Below are positions 1 to 30,472 of a stretch of 64,000 nucleotides of DNA, piece by piece (within the stretch, counting starts at the first letter, position 1; each line of letters starts with the position of its first letter). The stretch covers positions 1 through 64,000 of the forward strand of contig NIVC01002006.1 of NCBI GenBank assembly GCA_002269645.1, in the 5' to 3' direction. The stretch is from Macrostomum lignano (taxonomy: Eukaryota). The notes under the pieces are model-generated. The model saw nothing but the letters and a program-made list of their open reading frames with translations. It did not search any database and was not told where the DNA came from. Both the position numbers and the translations under genes were made by a program.

Positions 1-3000
1 CTGTGATGCCCTGCCGAGCGGTCCCACCTTTCACAGCAGTTATCAGCGTGCCATTATTTCCGTGCAGCAGCGTCACAGTGTCGTTAGCGGACTGCAGGCT
101 AGCGTAAGAGATCTCAGCGCATAATTTATAGCCTCGAGTTTGGGCAACTAGCAGCCATTCGCAGAGCATGTTGTCCAGATAGGGCCTGACCCCAACTTCA
201 CTGTGGCTGAAGATCTCACCGCTGTTACCATGCAGTACCTGGTAGCGCTGGCAGACTGAAATGCGTCGGGCGTATAGTTAGTACATATCTACTTTTTGCG
301 TGTCCATGATGTGTACTCAGAGAATAAAGCAGTGTAATAAACATCAGGTAAAAAGGCATTCCAACTCACAACATCGTGTCGTGTCGAACCTCAATCGGAA
401 ACCCAGCGTATTTGAATGTGCTCTGGCCCTGAATTCCAATTGCACAAGTTGCCAGATGAAACCAAATCGTGGAGGTGATATTTTTAGTACTATTAGGAGC
501 TGCTCCGCCAATGAAAGCCAGCACTTTGGATGCATAGCTCCCATCGCTTACTCTAACATACGCTAGCAGGTCTTTCTCGCTCACGCCCATGTAGGTGAAT
601 CGCACAACGACCCTGTGACCTTTAGGCGCCACAACCTGCCACTCGCAGTTTGCCTGTATCGCGTAGATTTCTCTGCCGGCATTTGTGTGGCTGCAGATCT
701 CTCCTTTCGACTCATTCCTAATTATGCGTACTCGCTGCAGTCTGGGATTTGAATTTTTAGAACAATTATTTGCACCTGTCATCGTCTTGTTGAACGCCTA
801 CAGTTTTGATATATTGTTCTACAATAACCCCTGAAAAAAACAAACAATACTCTCGTATATCTACGGCATTAAAAATCAACCATGTGTCTTTTTAGACGAA
901 ATTGAAAAATACTTATGGGTGTATCCACAAGTGGCAGTTATTTCAGTCAGTTTACTTTGTACAGGGCAAAGGGAAAAGTACATGTAAGCTAGATGCTCGT
1001 AATGCAATCTTTGAACGTCTGCTTGCTGCCAACTGCAGTTGATGTGGCTATGGTTGAATTTTTAGTACACTTCAGCGTTTGAACTCACGATCCCCAGCGT
1101 CCTGATATTGGTACTTCAGTCGGAAGCCCAGCGAAGAGGTGTGGCTGGCGCCAAAGCTACTCCCAGTGAGATAGGACACGAACATGAAGTTTGAACTTGA
1201 CTCTACAGTCCAGTCGGGGGCATTGTTTCCGCGACTCGACCTGAATATCAGCTGAGAAGGGTAATTGTCATGTATTACTAACGAATCGGAGTCAGACTCC
1301 ACGCTCAAGAAACTGAATCTGGCCTGAATTCGAGTTCCCTGTGGGGCCAAAAATCTGCCACCTGCAGCGCATGTTGCTCAGGCAGCGCGACCGACCCGCA
1401 CCGCTGTGGCTGACCAACTCGCCATTGCTTTCTGTTACCAGCTTGAATCCATGGCAGACTGGAATGAGTTCAGGATACGTACAATGTTTCAGCATATCCA
1501 ATTATTTCATTTGTTGCTGAGGGACTTTACTCGGGTTGAACACACAAAAATTATAGCTATCCAACAATAACAATAGTCTTTACGTATGCGAGTAGCCACT
1601 TCCAATGACTCACAGCTCTCGACCAAGTGTACTCCAGCTCAAATCCTAGCGCATGGAGAGGATGCTGCAAATTCCGGAGGTAAAGCTGATCCGCATCCGA
1701 TTCGAGCTCGTCCTGAAAATTCTGTTCGCCGAATTAATCGCTTCAGGTGAGAATCCGCCTCTCAGCAGCGCCAGTTTGATTTCGCCAACCGTCGTACAGA
1801 ACGACGGTGTCGTTAATCGAGCCGAGGCTGACGAATGAATTGGTGAACCAAGCAGAAATCTGTCTGCCCAGCGGTGCCACAATCTGCCAGCTGCGCTGCA
1901 TGTTCATCCAGTAGCCAGCCGCCATCCGGTGTCCCGAGTGGCTCGCGATTGTGCCATAGGGGTAGTCAGTCTCTCGCTTTCTATTAATTGGTTTTGTTTA
2001 AACCGCTTTCGTATTGGCTAAGACTTTAAAAGAGACTATGGCTTCCTGTACTATTCTGTAGTTAAAATTACAAGTTAATGTTAATTTAATTGCTAACATG
2101 TTGTTCTTAAAATGTACCTTCAGGTACGAGCATCGATTCTTATTGAGCAAACTCATTAGAATTACTCAAGTTCGGCTTCAACTTGAATTATTTGGCTTTT
2201 AAGTTTGCGACTGTAGTGAAGTGCACACTGTAGGGCAAATTTATCAGGAAAAATTAAGTACGTCTTTACGTTGAAAGATTTGGAAAGAGGTGAAGGAGTT
2301 TTAGGGGTCTAATAAAAATGTGAGGTGCTTTAGTTTTTAACGTTCTATATCTTATTCACGAGAGGAAAAAGAAATTTATGGCCAAGAGGAAATACGCTCG
2401 TTTCCACGTCTGCTGGTGCAAAATGTTCATACATTCGACAACGCACCACTTACCTGATGTGTACTGAAACTCTATCAGAAATCCATTCGATTCGAACTGC
2501 ATATCGGACTGGAACTTTATGTGTAGTAGAGTGCTTGCGTTGCTAGCCCAGTAAGCAAATGGATTACAGAGCCAATACCAGTCGCAGACTCGTTGGTAGT
2601 CGCTAAACGAAAAGCAGTCGCCACCGCCAAGAGACATGTTCCTCAGAGTCACCTCGATGAAGTGCCCCTGCACGGCGGGCAAAATCCACTCGCACGACAT
2701 ATTTGCTGAATAGGGAGTTTTGCCAAAGGAGGCGTGACTAGTTATCGATCCGGTTCGATTCGTTGAGTCGTTGAAGATTACGGATCCGCAGGATTTGCTT
2801 GCCGCTAAAATTTGGCATTAGTAGGCATCATTATAATTATTGACATTAACTCTTAAGGCAAGAAAGCTAAACCATCCCTGAGAGTAGGGATTTTTTAATT
2901 TTTTGCTTGTGATGATAGGCATTTTACATTGAAACAGCGTAAGAAATAAAAAATACTAACGACTTTCTATGACCTCGTAGCGAATTCGAAATCCTTTATT

Positions 3001-5496
3001 AGCCACGGATACATCAGTGGAGAAAAACATTGATAAAACATTGCCACTGGAGATGTACTTCGGGGACACGCAGCTGTAGTTTGTGTAAGCAGGCCTGCTA
3101 ACTTTGGCAATCTTTAGCGACCCGTTTTTCCCGTCGAAAAAAGTGACCATAGCTATCGTAGGTTTTCTCGAGGTCTACGTAAACAAACCAGGCTGCGATT
3201 CTCTTGCCTACTGGGGCGTTGATCTGCCACGTGCATGTCGTATTGTGTCCGTGAAGTGTGGCTCCAGCACCTGCGTGGCTTTCAATTTCGCCACCACTTT
3301 TAACAGTTAAATTTTGAAAGTTGCGGCAAACTAAAACAGAAGCGAAATAGAATCTGTGCATCATTTTATGATTTTAAACAGCACAAAAGAAATTTAATGA
3401 CTTCTTACAGTGATCAGACGTTTTATAAAGAAGTCTAAAGCCAGCTTCTGTGCTATCAGTGTCCTTAGAAACGAATTCAACGACAACTAGGTTCGAATTT
3501 ATATGGATTTTCCGATGCAAAATATCAGTCAAGTTGGATGAATTGTCCAGATAAAGCACTCGATGTCCTGCCGCATTCAGTACTGTTATGAAAAAATACC
3601 ATGGGGCTACACTGATTTCTGCAAACTGAATAGTGATGCGGTTGCCTTCAGCCTGGTCAATGGTCCACCTGCAGTCTTGATGATGGCGTCTTGAATCATG
3701 CTTAATGACACCGATTCCACTATGAACTTCAATTTGGCCACTGGGAGCTGTCAGTCTCTTGTTGCTGGTACAATCTGACAATTTGAGGCAGGACAAGTCA
3801 GCAGGGTACTCAGAGAATAACAAAATTCAAAGGCTCAAGTTTGACCTCGCAGTCGCTTACACTCATTGTATCGGTAATGTATGACGAAACCAGTAGGCTC
3901 CAATAGGCCATCGGACTTGAAGTCAATATTAACCGTCTCAGTTGAGAACAGTTGAAGTACGCGCTTTGCAGTCCAACCGGGAAAGTTTAAACTCTTGTAT
4001 GAACTTCCATTCCAGCGGCCGCGCATACTCAGCACATCACCCGATCCGATCGACAGATTAAACACGAGCAGGTGAATATACCTACCCGAAGCTGCTGGCA
4101 GAGTCCAGGAGCAGCTCATATTGGGTGAATAAGGAGCGGTGTCCATTTGGCCGTGGCTGTAGATCACGCCACTTGTCTGCCCAGCATCCAGCAACGACTT
4201 TTCCAGGCACGAGCCGTTTGAAGCTGATAAAAATAAACAAAGAACACCAAGAACCAAGAATTCCCTTGCTGTTTGATTAAAAAGCAAACAGAGCTATGAA
4301 AACCTGCTTTTATCAATCAGTCCAAAGTATAGCTTATCAATATTTTTGGAACCGCCTGTCCCGTCTTCCCAGGGTCTATTGAACTAGCGTCAAGAGACAA
4401 GCATTTTTTCTCGATTAAAAAAATTGATTGCACTCACTACTCTCGGTAGTTTTGAAGTGCATCCGGAATCCATGCCCTGAAACGCTGGAGTCGGATTCGA
4501 ACTTTACCAGCATTTTGCTACCGGTTGAAACGTAAATCGGCGACTGGAATCTGGCAGCTGCAGATTTGCTGACTTTCACGACCAGCCCTGACTTACTGTC
4601 ACCATCACCGTCCAGCAGGGTGACCCAGTCAAAAGCTTCTTCTAGGTCGGCGTAAGCAAACCAGGCCATCACCCTCTTGCCCCGGGCTACAGCTATCCGC
4701 CAGCTGCACACCAAATTATTGCCGTAGCGCTGGCGGCTGCAGCCGTTGGAGTGGCTCGCGATTTCGCCACTGTTTTCCGAGATTGTGCAAAAGTTCGAGC
4801 AGTCCGCTTGCCTCTTGGAGTGGACTGCTGCGACTGACACCAGAGCCTCGGAGATCCTGCAAACCCCTCCATAAATATTGGTGCAAGCAGTAACTATACT
4901 ACAGAGTAACTATACTAACTATACTATATTTTTTGACCCTGTCATATCCCCTTCCGCCTAATACACTAAAAAATATCAGCAGCTAGGATTTTTCGGAACA
5001 GGCTGTCTATCCAAAAGAGGAGCAGGAATTTAGCGGACATGAGCAAACCCAAGGCTCTAACGGCATTTTTCCAGAGGTTTTGACCAATAGCTTCTATCCG
5101 GTAATCTCTAACAGAATCAAACCAAGTTAGCAAACTTACGGCTTTCCGAAACCTCGTAGTGAAGTCGAAAACCGCTATTGAATTTTCCTTCAAAATTGTG
5201 GAAATAGATTGACAAAACGTTTCCAGTAGAGATGTACTTTGGCGACAAGAAGTGTCGACCGTCACGCCCATCGACTCTTCCAATTGCTCGCGACCCTTTC
5301 TCTCCGTCGATTACGGTCACAGACGAATAATTTCCTGGACTGAGATGAACAAAATCGAACCAGGCCGCAATTTTCTTGCCTCTAGGAGCGTTGATCTGCC
5401 AGGTGCAGTCCATACTGCTCAGGTAATCATCAGTGTTCGAGTGGCTTTCAATGGCACCATGAGTGCTAACATTTAGAAGTTGAAATATTGGACAAT
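1..5496 (-). pseudogene. Multi-CUB-domain (cubilin/tolloid-like) gene with at least 10 CUB exons, four of them frameshifted; runs off the left edge and its 5' end was not found
   Basis: CUB motifs (C..GEI.SH...Y..N..C.W.I.AP.G..I...F, SSGN.L.I.F.SD....GF...Y) occur in GT-AG-bounded exons with mostly phase-1 junctions at about 5140-5496, 4438-4856, 3861-4223, 3409-3774, 2961-3330, 2454-2804, 1614-1980, 1089-1458, 370-775 and 1-255. Frame switches occur at about 3150, 1790, 1350 and twice at about 455-480. These could be real lesions or assembly indels. Confidence 0.8.
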
Positions 5497-6836
5497 CTGA
5501 AACAAAAAGTGAGAACAACTTGATAGACTTTGCGCCAGCAGCGCAACAATACACTTGTATAACAACATATTCATGGATGCCACGTTCAAACACGGAATAC
5601 TATCTGGGTAGATGACGCTCCTGCATGAGCAACACTCTGTAACAACCCTTACATGTAGATATTCAGAGCTGACTGGCAAATCTCCTGCAGGAAAATCTCG
5701 GCGGACTCTTTCTCATGCCTCTCTCGTACCTTCTCGAGTTAAGTTAGTTGAATTTTTACTAGATTGTTTGTACCTTGATGCGTTTGTAACACTACGGTCC
5801 CAGGGTTTTGCTAACAATGACGCTATATCTATGATAACAATGTGGCAATCAACTCAAGAACAAGTGCATGCACACGTATTATTGTGTCTTAAAACTGTTT
5901 GCCATAATAAAGAAGTCTTATAGTAAAGCCTACAGCTACAGTGCCTTCTGTCACAAAAAATAAGCTAAAGATTGTGACGTTTAAAAATATTCACGTGTAA
6001 CTTACTGCTAACTTCACCGCTGCCCAAGCACACCTGAGTGGCAACCAGGACTACGAAGAATTTCCAGGGCGCTAAAAATGACCAATTATTTTGTTTGGTT
6101 TAAACTACTTTTCGACCGTAACAACGGCCCATTATTATATGAATGCTACAAGCACACTCACCCCAACTTGCCATTACAATTTGCAGTAAATTTACTGCAT
6201 TCGTCGTTTAAAATATGAGTTTGAAAATTCAGAAAAGAATTGAAATTTTATTTCTGGCCTCTCCGAAAATAATTTTTGGGTTATATTCGTTGCGACGGCT
6301 CCTACGAGGTTTGGAACTGAGTGTGGTAGTAAAAACCATATACGTTTTTTAATTGCGTGACTCAGTGGTATTTAGTCTGACAGCGCCGATGACGCAAACT
6401 CAATTGGCATTAACAACAACAGCATAAAATTTGAATTTCGTTAGCTATCGGAGCCAGTCTCATTTTTCACACAAATTTAAGCGCGGTAAGACTGGAAAAA
6501 GGTTATCAATGGATCACAAGACACTTCTTTCACTGCGCAGAAACAATTGCCTTGAAATTTAAAAAAGATTTTGATTTAAAGAAATAATTGTCAAAGAAAA
6601 TCGCTTAGCCCTGAACTATACTGGTAGCAGCCATGACATTTGCACGAAATGAATCAGCTGATGTCAGGAACAAATTTATGAACATTATACCACTTTAGAG
6701 ACTTGTTTGTGGCTTGATCTTGTTGGTAATTTGTTCTCAATGCACCCATTAATACGCGTGTGTCAGTGTGCTTGTTTTTTGTATTGTCTGTCACTGTTCA
6801 CTTGGAATCTACCCATTCAATTAATTAGATACTTTT

Positions 6837-8790
6837 TGTTGTGTCGTAACTTGATGGGTCAACTGACTGGATGTCTTCGGAGCAACTGAGGCCGAATATG
6901 ACTCGATGCTGCGAGCTCTGCTGAAGCGACTGGAGGACGCCGGCCTCACCGCCAACAAGGACAAGTGCGAGCTACGGCAGACCGAGATTAGAGTTCTTCG
7001 GCTTTGTCTTCTCGGCGGAGGGCATCCGGCCGTCCGAGTCTCAAACCAAGGCTTTCAATGAGCTGCGCGCGCCGACGAGCAAGGAGCTGCAGGCGTTCCT
7101 TGGATCGGCAAACTATCTGATGCGGTTCGTGCCCCACTTTGCCGAGGTCACAACGCCGCTGAGGCCTCTGCTCAAGGGCGATGCCGAGTTCAAATGGACA
7201 GCTGAATGCGAGCGAGCCTTCCAGGCGCTTAAAGCGGCAATCTGCTGCGCATTCACCGATGTGTGACCGATTTCAGCAGTACGAATTTCATGCGCGCTAC
7301 CTCCCGGGGAGTCGCAACTTGGTGGCCGACATGCTGTCCAGGTGGAGCTGCGGGTCCGACATGAACATCATCCAATTGCCAGACACCGCAATGCCTCGAC
7401 TCCGAATCGTCACGCCACAGCGGCTAGCGACGGCCAAAGCAGAGGACACGATCCTGCGCGAAGTCATTCAGCGAGTTCCCACCGGCAACTGGAGTTTGGC
7501 CAAGGACACGGAGTTGCAGCCGTACTTAAAAGTCCGAGAGCATTTTAGCACCTGGCAAGACGGCTCCTGTCTGGCCTTCCAAGACCGCGCCGTCATCCCA
7601 CAGGACCTGCGGCGTGAGCTTCTGAAGTCCGCGCATGCGGGACATCCGAGGGCGGTGCGTACCAAGCAGCAGCTTCGCGAGTTCACCTTGTGGCCGAGGA
7701 TGGACGCCGACGTCGAGACGTTCGTCAGAGACTGCGGCGCCTGCGAGACTGTGGAGAAAAATTTCAAGCTGCGATCGGCTCCGCTGCAGCCCCTGCCAGT
7801 GCCACTAGACAGAGATCGCCATCGACATCGTGGGTGAACTGCAGGCAGCGCCGGCGTCGTCACGATTCCTACTGGTCATCACGGATCTGCACAGCAAGGG
7901 GCTGGAGGTCTTCGCGACTTCAAGCATCACCACCGACACGGTCTGTAAGGTGCTACGCAACCTGTTCGCACGCTGGGGCCTCTGCGAGAAGGTCCTTGCC
8001 GACAACGGACCTCAGTTCGGCGACGCCTTTACCGGGTTCCTTCAAGAGCGGGGCATCCAACACCTAAAGACTTGTCTGTACGGTCCGAGCACCAACGGTC
8101 AAACCAAGCGGCTCAAACGGTCCCTGATGGACAGCATTCGAGCGTCTAGAGCCGTCAACGTGCCGATGCAGGACGCGCTGTTGCAGTTTCTCGAGAGCTA
8201 CCGCAGCACGCCGCACGCCCTGACTGTCAAGAGCCCGGCCGAACTGATGTTGGGTCGCCGTTGGCGCACGCCCATGTCTCTACTCGCTCCGGTCAAGAAG
8301 GGCACTGCTGCGCAGTCTGATATCGCCGAACGTATTCAGCAGCGTCAACAGCGGACTTCAGCGTACACCGACCAACGGCGTGGAGCCCGGCAGCCGACAT
8401 TACGCACCGGTGACTGGGTCCGGATCCGCCGGCCAACACGACCTGGCAAGCTCGGCAGCCGGCTCTCTGCGCCGCTGCAGATCGTCAAGGCGGCCTGTCG
8501 ACTGGCGGACGGCAGCACCTGGAACCAGCAAGCGCTGGTGCCGACATCTCTGCGACTAAACTACAAGGCATCTGCGGCTGGCGAGTTTGATCCTCTCGTG
8601 GATGTCCAAGAGTGGGCAACGCAAGACGGAGGAGGAAAGGCTCGAACACCGACTCCTGGTCCAGCCGATGGACCACCGGCTCGGGCTCTGCGACGGTCCA
8701 CTCGTCCGCGACGTCCTCTGCAGCGCTACGGCTGGTGATTTCAATTGGATAGGAGTAAGATGTTGTGTCGTAACTTAAAGGGTCAACTTG
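6837..8790 (+). mobile_element. Internally deleted Ty3/Gypsy LTR retrotransposon (RT C-terminal half, end of RNase H, integrase, PPT, start of 3' LTR)
   Basis: RT remnant VFGATEAEYDSMLRALLKRLEDAGLTANKDKC...LQAFLGSANY; RNase H end YLPGSRNLVADMLSR; integrase zinc finger H..HP...TKQQLR...WP.MDADVETFVRDCGAC; core LVITDLHSK...ADNGPQF...STNGQTKR. A purine tract (GGATAGGAGTAAGA) lies just before TGTTGTGTCGTAACTT at 8761, and the same LTR start appears at 6837. The 3' LTR end was not determined. Confidence 0.88.
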
Positions 8791-10265
8791 ATGATAATAT
8801 TGTTACGCTGATGTTTCTACTAGCTCGTATAATTATGGTACAACGTAATTGCTAACTATACTAATATTATTCTTGTCTTTTACTTATACTGCTACTTTCA
8901 GTATAGTAGTTGATAAATAATCTGTATAATGTATTATTGATCACGTGATATCTCTGGCTCTTTAATTTATCGATCGTGTAGTTTTTCTAAGGTGACTAAA
9001 ATATAAATAAAGAAACTGTGCACACCTGGCACTTTAACTTTCAACTAAAACTGGAAACCTCAAGTCTTGGCTGAATAATGATCGAGTCCAAAAGTAGCTC
9101 GAAATAATATTTATTTGCAGAACCAGTCACTGATGTTGCAGCGACAGAATTCGCTGGTCGGCAGCTTGGTGCTTTTATTTATTTATTAATTCACAGTTGC
9201 GGTGAGCTGCTGAACACTGCGTGCCTGTTATCGGGGCTAACAGGTATCAAATACATTCGATGACTTTAGTCTTACTAGTGGAGACAGATAGTAAGGAATG
9301 CAAGACAGCTTCACTGCGTGTCAGTTAGAGGTTTTCTTCAAATTGTGGCGGTACAGCTATGATTTGATCTCAACTAAAGCGTAGGAGTTCCTTTTTAAGC
9401 AAGCAAGCCGTTCAAAACGATTCAACCCTATACTTAAAAACGAAAGGCGAGACTTGATGATTTTGAAAATAAAATTTTAAGTATAAACGATTAAACATTA
9501 AACTACCATAATTTGTACTGACGGCGCAAGTCGCTATGCCTAATTTTTAGAACTGATTTTCAAAATATCCGCGCATTAAAAAATCGTGTCAACATTTCGA
9601 GCAGTTACAAAATGTCAGATAAATAAATCCGAATATAAAAATCGACATTTATACAGCTCGTATACTATCATTGAATTGTGCGTGTGCAAATTGGAAAAAG
9701 TAGCCAGTAATAACACATTCGGATGAAAATCCTGAAGACCAGTGAAACCTTCTGAATCTACATGAATGAAACTAAAATCGCAAACATTGCATGAAATTAG
9801 CTTCAATATTATAATTTTATTTAAAAAGTTAAGTTAAACGTAGCTTAAAAAACTCCAAAAAAAGACAAAGAATAAAACACGTGACAATTTGGGCAGGCGC
9901 AAATTCCAGTGCAACATTATGACATCCGCCGAGGTAACCTACGATGATTGACGTTGCTGGTAAATATAAATCGTTTTTTTACATTGTTCGAAAGGATGAT
10001 GACGGCAATGCGTCGGCAAAACTTCGCTGCAATCTAAAAGTACATTTTTCCAGCGACGTCGATAGCTGCGTGGGATCGACATACTGACGGGAAAATATCT
10101 GTATGAATGCAACTGTTAAAAGTTATATTTACGTACTGAACTCGATCTGGGTTGAAGTGACATCATAAAAAATTCCGCATGCATATCTTTAATGTATCAG
10201 AAAGTTAAAAAAAGACAGAAAAAAGACAAAAAGCAAAGAATTTTTAACCGCAGCTCGTGTCTTTG

Positions 10266-26695
<16,430 letters not shown>

Positions 26696-29600
26696 GCACC
26701 TGTCTTGGAAATTCGGGCAAAAATTAGTTGGATAACAGACACGAGCCGACTATCAATTAGCAATTCCTGTCGGGTTTCCTGCCAGGTCCTGTTCTAAGCT
26801 GCTTCTCTTTTCTCTCTCCTCCCGGATGGGGAGCTTCTTAGTGACGGTCCAGGTTTTGAATCGGCCGCGGGGTAATTCTATCCTTTCTTCCCCCTTCTGC
26901 CTATAGGACCGAGCCGATGAAGGATTGGACAGCAGATATAAGCGGGGGGTAGAGGAAGCAAAAAATGAAGGGTGGAGAAGTGCAGTCTAGGCAGGAAAGA
27001 AAGGGAGACGGGAAAAAAGCTAGTGGGGTGGGTAAGAGGATAAATGTGTGGATAATATTCAGAGATTCCTTGTTAGCTCGAGAATATAGCGAAAATGAGA
27101 AGCAATAGGGTGTCAGAAAATCCGTCTGCCAAAGGGGAGAAGCAGGAAAAAGGATTTAGACCGAGGGGGTCGCTCTCAGGAGACATAATGGAAGAGGAGA
27201 GGAAAGCGAGATTTGGAGGCGCGAATAGGGAGAGAAGGGATCAGGCAGCTGCAACGCCAAGCCTCTACTCCCTCCGGACTCACTTTTCCTCCACGTATCC
27301 TTTCCCACTGAGGAGCCCGCCGTCTCCCTCCCACGGAACCTCGGCCTCCTGCGTCTCAGTCTTCTGCTGTTCCTTTTTCTTCTCGGATTGCTTTTACAGA
27401 ATGTCTCTCCGGGATTTCCTCAGCCACAGCCAGCAGAAAGGTAACAGCGCCTTCTTAGTAATAACGTTGTGCTGGCGATCCCCTTGGGGATTTTACTCGG
27501 TCAGCTTGGGAAATAAATGTGCTAGAAAGTATATAGTTTATGGCGAGGACTGAGAACTGGCACATACGGCTGTAGAAAGAGAGAGGAGTGAGTGGTATAA
27601 GCGCAAGCTACGAGTAGTTTGCGCGAGTTGATTGCACAGTTGCTTACACTGCACTCTAGAGCCAAACTTTGCACCGGCTTCTCCGCCAGCTTTGGTGTGT
27701 GGGAACTGGACAGGGATCAGCAGTATATGGAGGGGAATATAATTTTTGCGAGAATGGAGACGTGGGCAGGCAGGAGTGAATGTCACGGATAGACGCATGG
27801 TTTGCGAGTCGAGAGACAGAAAGACGACTGAATGGATTAGAGGGGAGCCGGGAAAAAGAAGGCAGAGAAGGGAATTGAGGATGGTGCTGTGCAGTTCAGG
27901 AGAGCTCAGGGTCGCGCGGGGCTGGGACAGTCTTTCTTCTCCGTCAGTCAGTGCGGAGTTCTCACAGACCGTTCCGCCCCCTACCCGCAGAACAAAACCC
28001 ACCTCCTGCTGCGTAGCTTCGTAGCGATGACTGCAAAGGCGGACACGCCTGCGCGCCACCCAAACTATCCGGTTGAGAAAGGACGTCCCGCATTGGTCCC
28101 GTGTGTCCGTGGTGCGCTAAAAAGGTAAGAGAAGGTCAAGACTTGAAGGATGCCTCTGGAGAGGGCAGTGCCTGAGTGAAGCAGAAAGGCTGTACTTTTC
28201 AACATGAAATAATAATGATCTGATAAAGGAAATGTACATTTAAGCACTTGCAAAGTGTACAGTATTAATTTGTCGGTACCGGGCCATGTTGCAGTGTATA
28301 ATGGAATGAATGTACAATTTAAGCCGAAACCACATGGTGGTTTTTTAATTTTCCGTCTAATTTTGATTCCATGAGGAAATTCTATAGTGTACGACTGTAC
28401 GCTGCTTTGTGCTCGCTTGCCCACACACTGCACAATACAGTTGAAGCTATAAAATTCGCACTTACTGGGTGTGCAGCTAAATTCTCACACAAAGACCACT
28501 GTGGAATAAATACAGTATAACTGTATATAGGTTACATGTGTACATGTACCGTATGGACTCCTGAAAAGTACATTTTAGAAGGACGCGACATGCATGTATA
28601 CACTACTGGATTTTCTCTTAAATGAGCTGGAGGCCGGTAGGGACGTGTGAATTATTTGTCGTATCACTATAATGAATTTCGTATGCTAGCGAATTGTAGA
28701 GAGCTTAATGGGGCTTCTCCCACTGACAAAAACGTCGGGTGAAACGACGATCAACATGTTCGCGCTAGAAGAATCCGGCCGATTTCTTGACAGCTATACG
28801 AGCTACAATATAGCTTACTAAAATGCACTATAGAGATACGAATAAAGTGTATAACCGGCTTTAAGCTCATTTCTAAAAGATAATCTGCTCCAGTTGTCCA
28901 AGACATGCACATGCAACCAAGCACCATCTGTAGAGGACCACTGTCTACTTCAATGGTCCTTGCATGCAACGTACCGTGTCATGTACATGTATAGCCGAAA
29001 AACGATCGACTGATTCAGAAAATCACACTCAATTCTTCGAGTCTTCCAGTGAAACTGTGAATGTAAGGGCAAAAATGCGTTGTGTATACGTGAAAATGCA
29101 TATATGCATGTAAATCAAAATTCAAAACTAATATAGAATAAATGTGGTATTAGTTACATGTACATGTACACCACACGAGCGCGCATGTACTAGAGATAAA
29201 TAGACTTAAATTTCAACGGAAAACTAGAAATTAAGGCATGGTCATTTTCCATGAAATAAAGTCCATCGAAGTAAGCCTATTTGTTCACAGAAATATTCAA
29301 TATCTTGATTGATCCCATGCATGCTTCATCAAGACAATTGACTTGCTAATTTTTGTAGCGTTTTTCATTTTTTCGGTATTTAAATGTATGATATTGAGAC
29401 AGTTAATTCAACTGAATAAGCATTAGATGTAAAAAAAGAACGACCTAAGTGGCTAAGTTTAATGCGTTTTTGTGTTAATTAGTGTACCATTTGTGTTATA
29501 ATATTGAGCAACATGTACGAAGTCAGTTTAAATCGGTAATTATCGTAAATAACTTGTCAGACAGGATCCAGTGCAGGACGCAGGTCATAACTAATTCCTA

Positions 29601-29910
29601 TTTCCTACCTAGAAGCATTTCCAACACAAAAATGATGCGACAAAGGTGTAGGCCTATTTAAAGATATGATTAACACCAGCTGAAAAGCAGGCAGGTAAAA
29701 TCTAAATGCAGATTTTAATTAATGAGATGGCAAAAGCATGTGTTTCTGTTTGTGTTTTTGCTGTATCAAGTCTAGCTTTTGCTCTTATTTAACTTGTGCG
29801 AGAGAGAACTTGTGTGAGCAAGTGTCGTTATTAAGCCTAATTCAGTCTAGGTGGGGAGTAGGCCTAAGTAAATAATAAATATTACATATTTTCATATCAT
29901 ATCATCAATC

Positions 29911-30472
29911 GGCAATCCTACACTTCCGTTCGGTAAATTATTTTAACATTTGAATTCGTACCACCGAGTCAAATGACGTCAATTGGCAATGTGTCTATGG
30001 CCAAAAGTTTGAGCGAACAGAGTTTAAGGGGGTGTCAGTTTAAGGGAGCTGTTGCTTGTGAGCTGCTTGTTTTTTGAGCTTCAATTTCTCATTTCCCATC
30101 GGCTGCACTTCGTAGATCCAGCAGACCCAACAGTCCACACCAACACCGTGGAGGGCACATAGGCCCACGCAAAGTGCAAGATCTGCAACATGCATAGCAC
30201 GAGCGATGCTCTCTTCAATGCACACATTGAGGAATTCCTCTGGCATTGTCTATATCCCCAATGTCCATTTGGGGCTATCCTGTACTGGATTGGACATTAC
30301 TATCCATTATAGACACCTTAATGACCTGCAGACACACTCTAAGTGACTATGCACTCTAACAGACTGCTACCATGTTCCACTGTTTCAGTTTTGTTTGGTT
30401 ACATTGTTATTTAACACGCCTGTTCAAAATTCAGTGTCAAAATGATTTACCGAACGGAAGTGTAGGATTGCC
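29911..30472 (+). mobile_element. Non-autonomous Merlin (IS1016/IS1595-like) DNA transposon, 562 bp
   Basis: TIR GGCAATCCTACACTTCCGTTCGGTAAAT at both ends; exact 8-bp TSD CATCAATC (29903-29910 and 30473-30480); internal remnant HFVDPADPTVHTNTVEGT*AHAKCKI...FNAHIEEFLWH matches the ISXO2/Merlin C-terminal motif HTNT.EG.W...K...EEF.WR. Confidence 0.9.

Noticed and set aside
4240-4287. Apparent signal peptide FLVLGVLCLFLSA at the start of ORF 3835-4287
   Set aside because: It is the translated polypyrimidine tract ending at the acceptor TTATCAG (4224).
26900-28130. ORFs of 150-170 aa upstream of the GPCR
   Set aside because: Low-complexity GA/CT-rich sequence with no homology cues; more likely 5' UTR or promoter.
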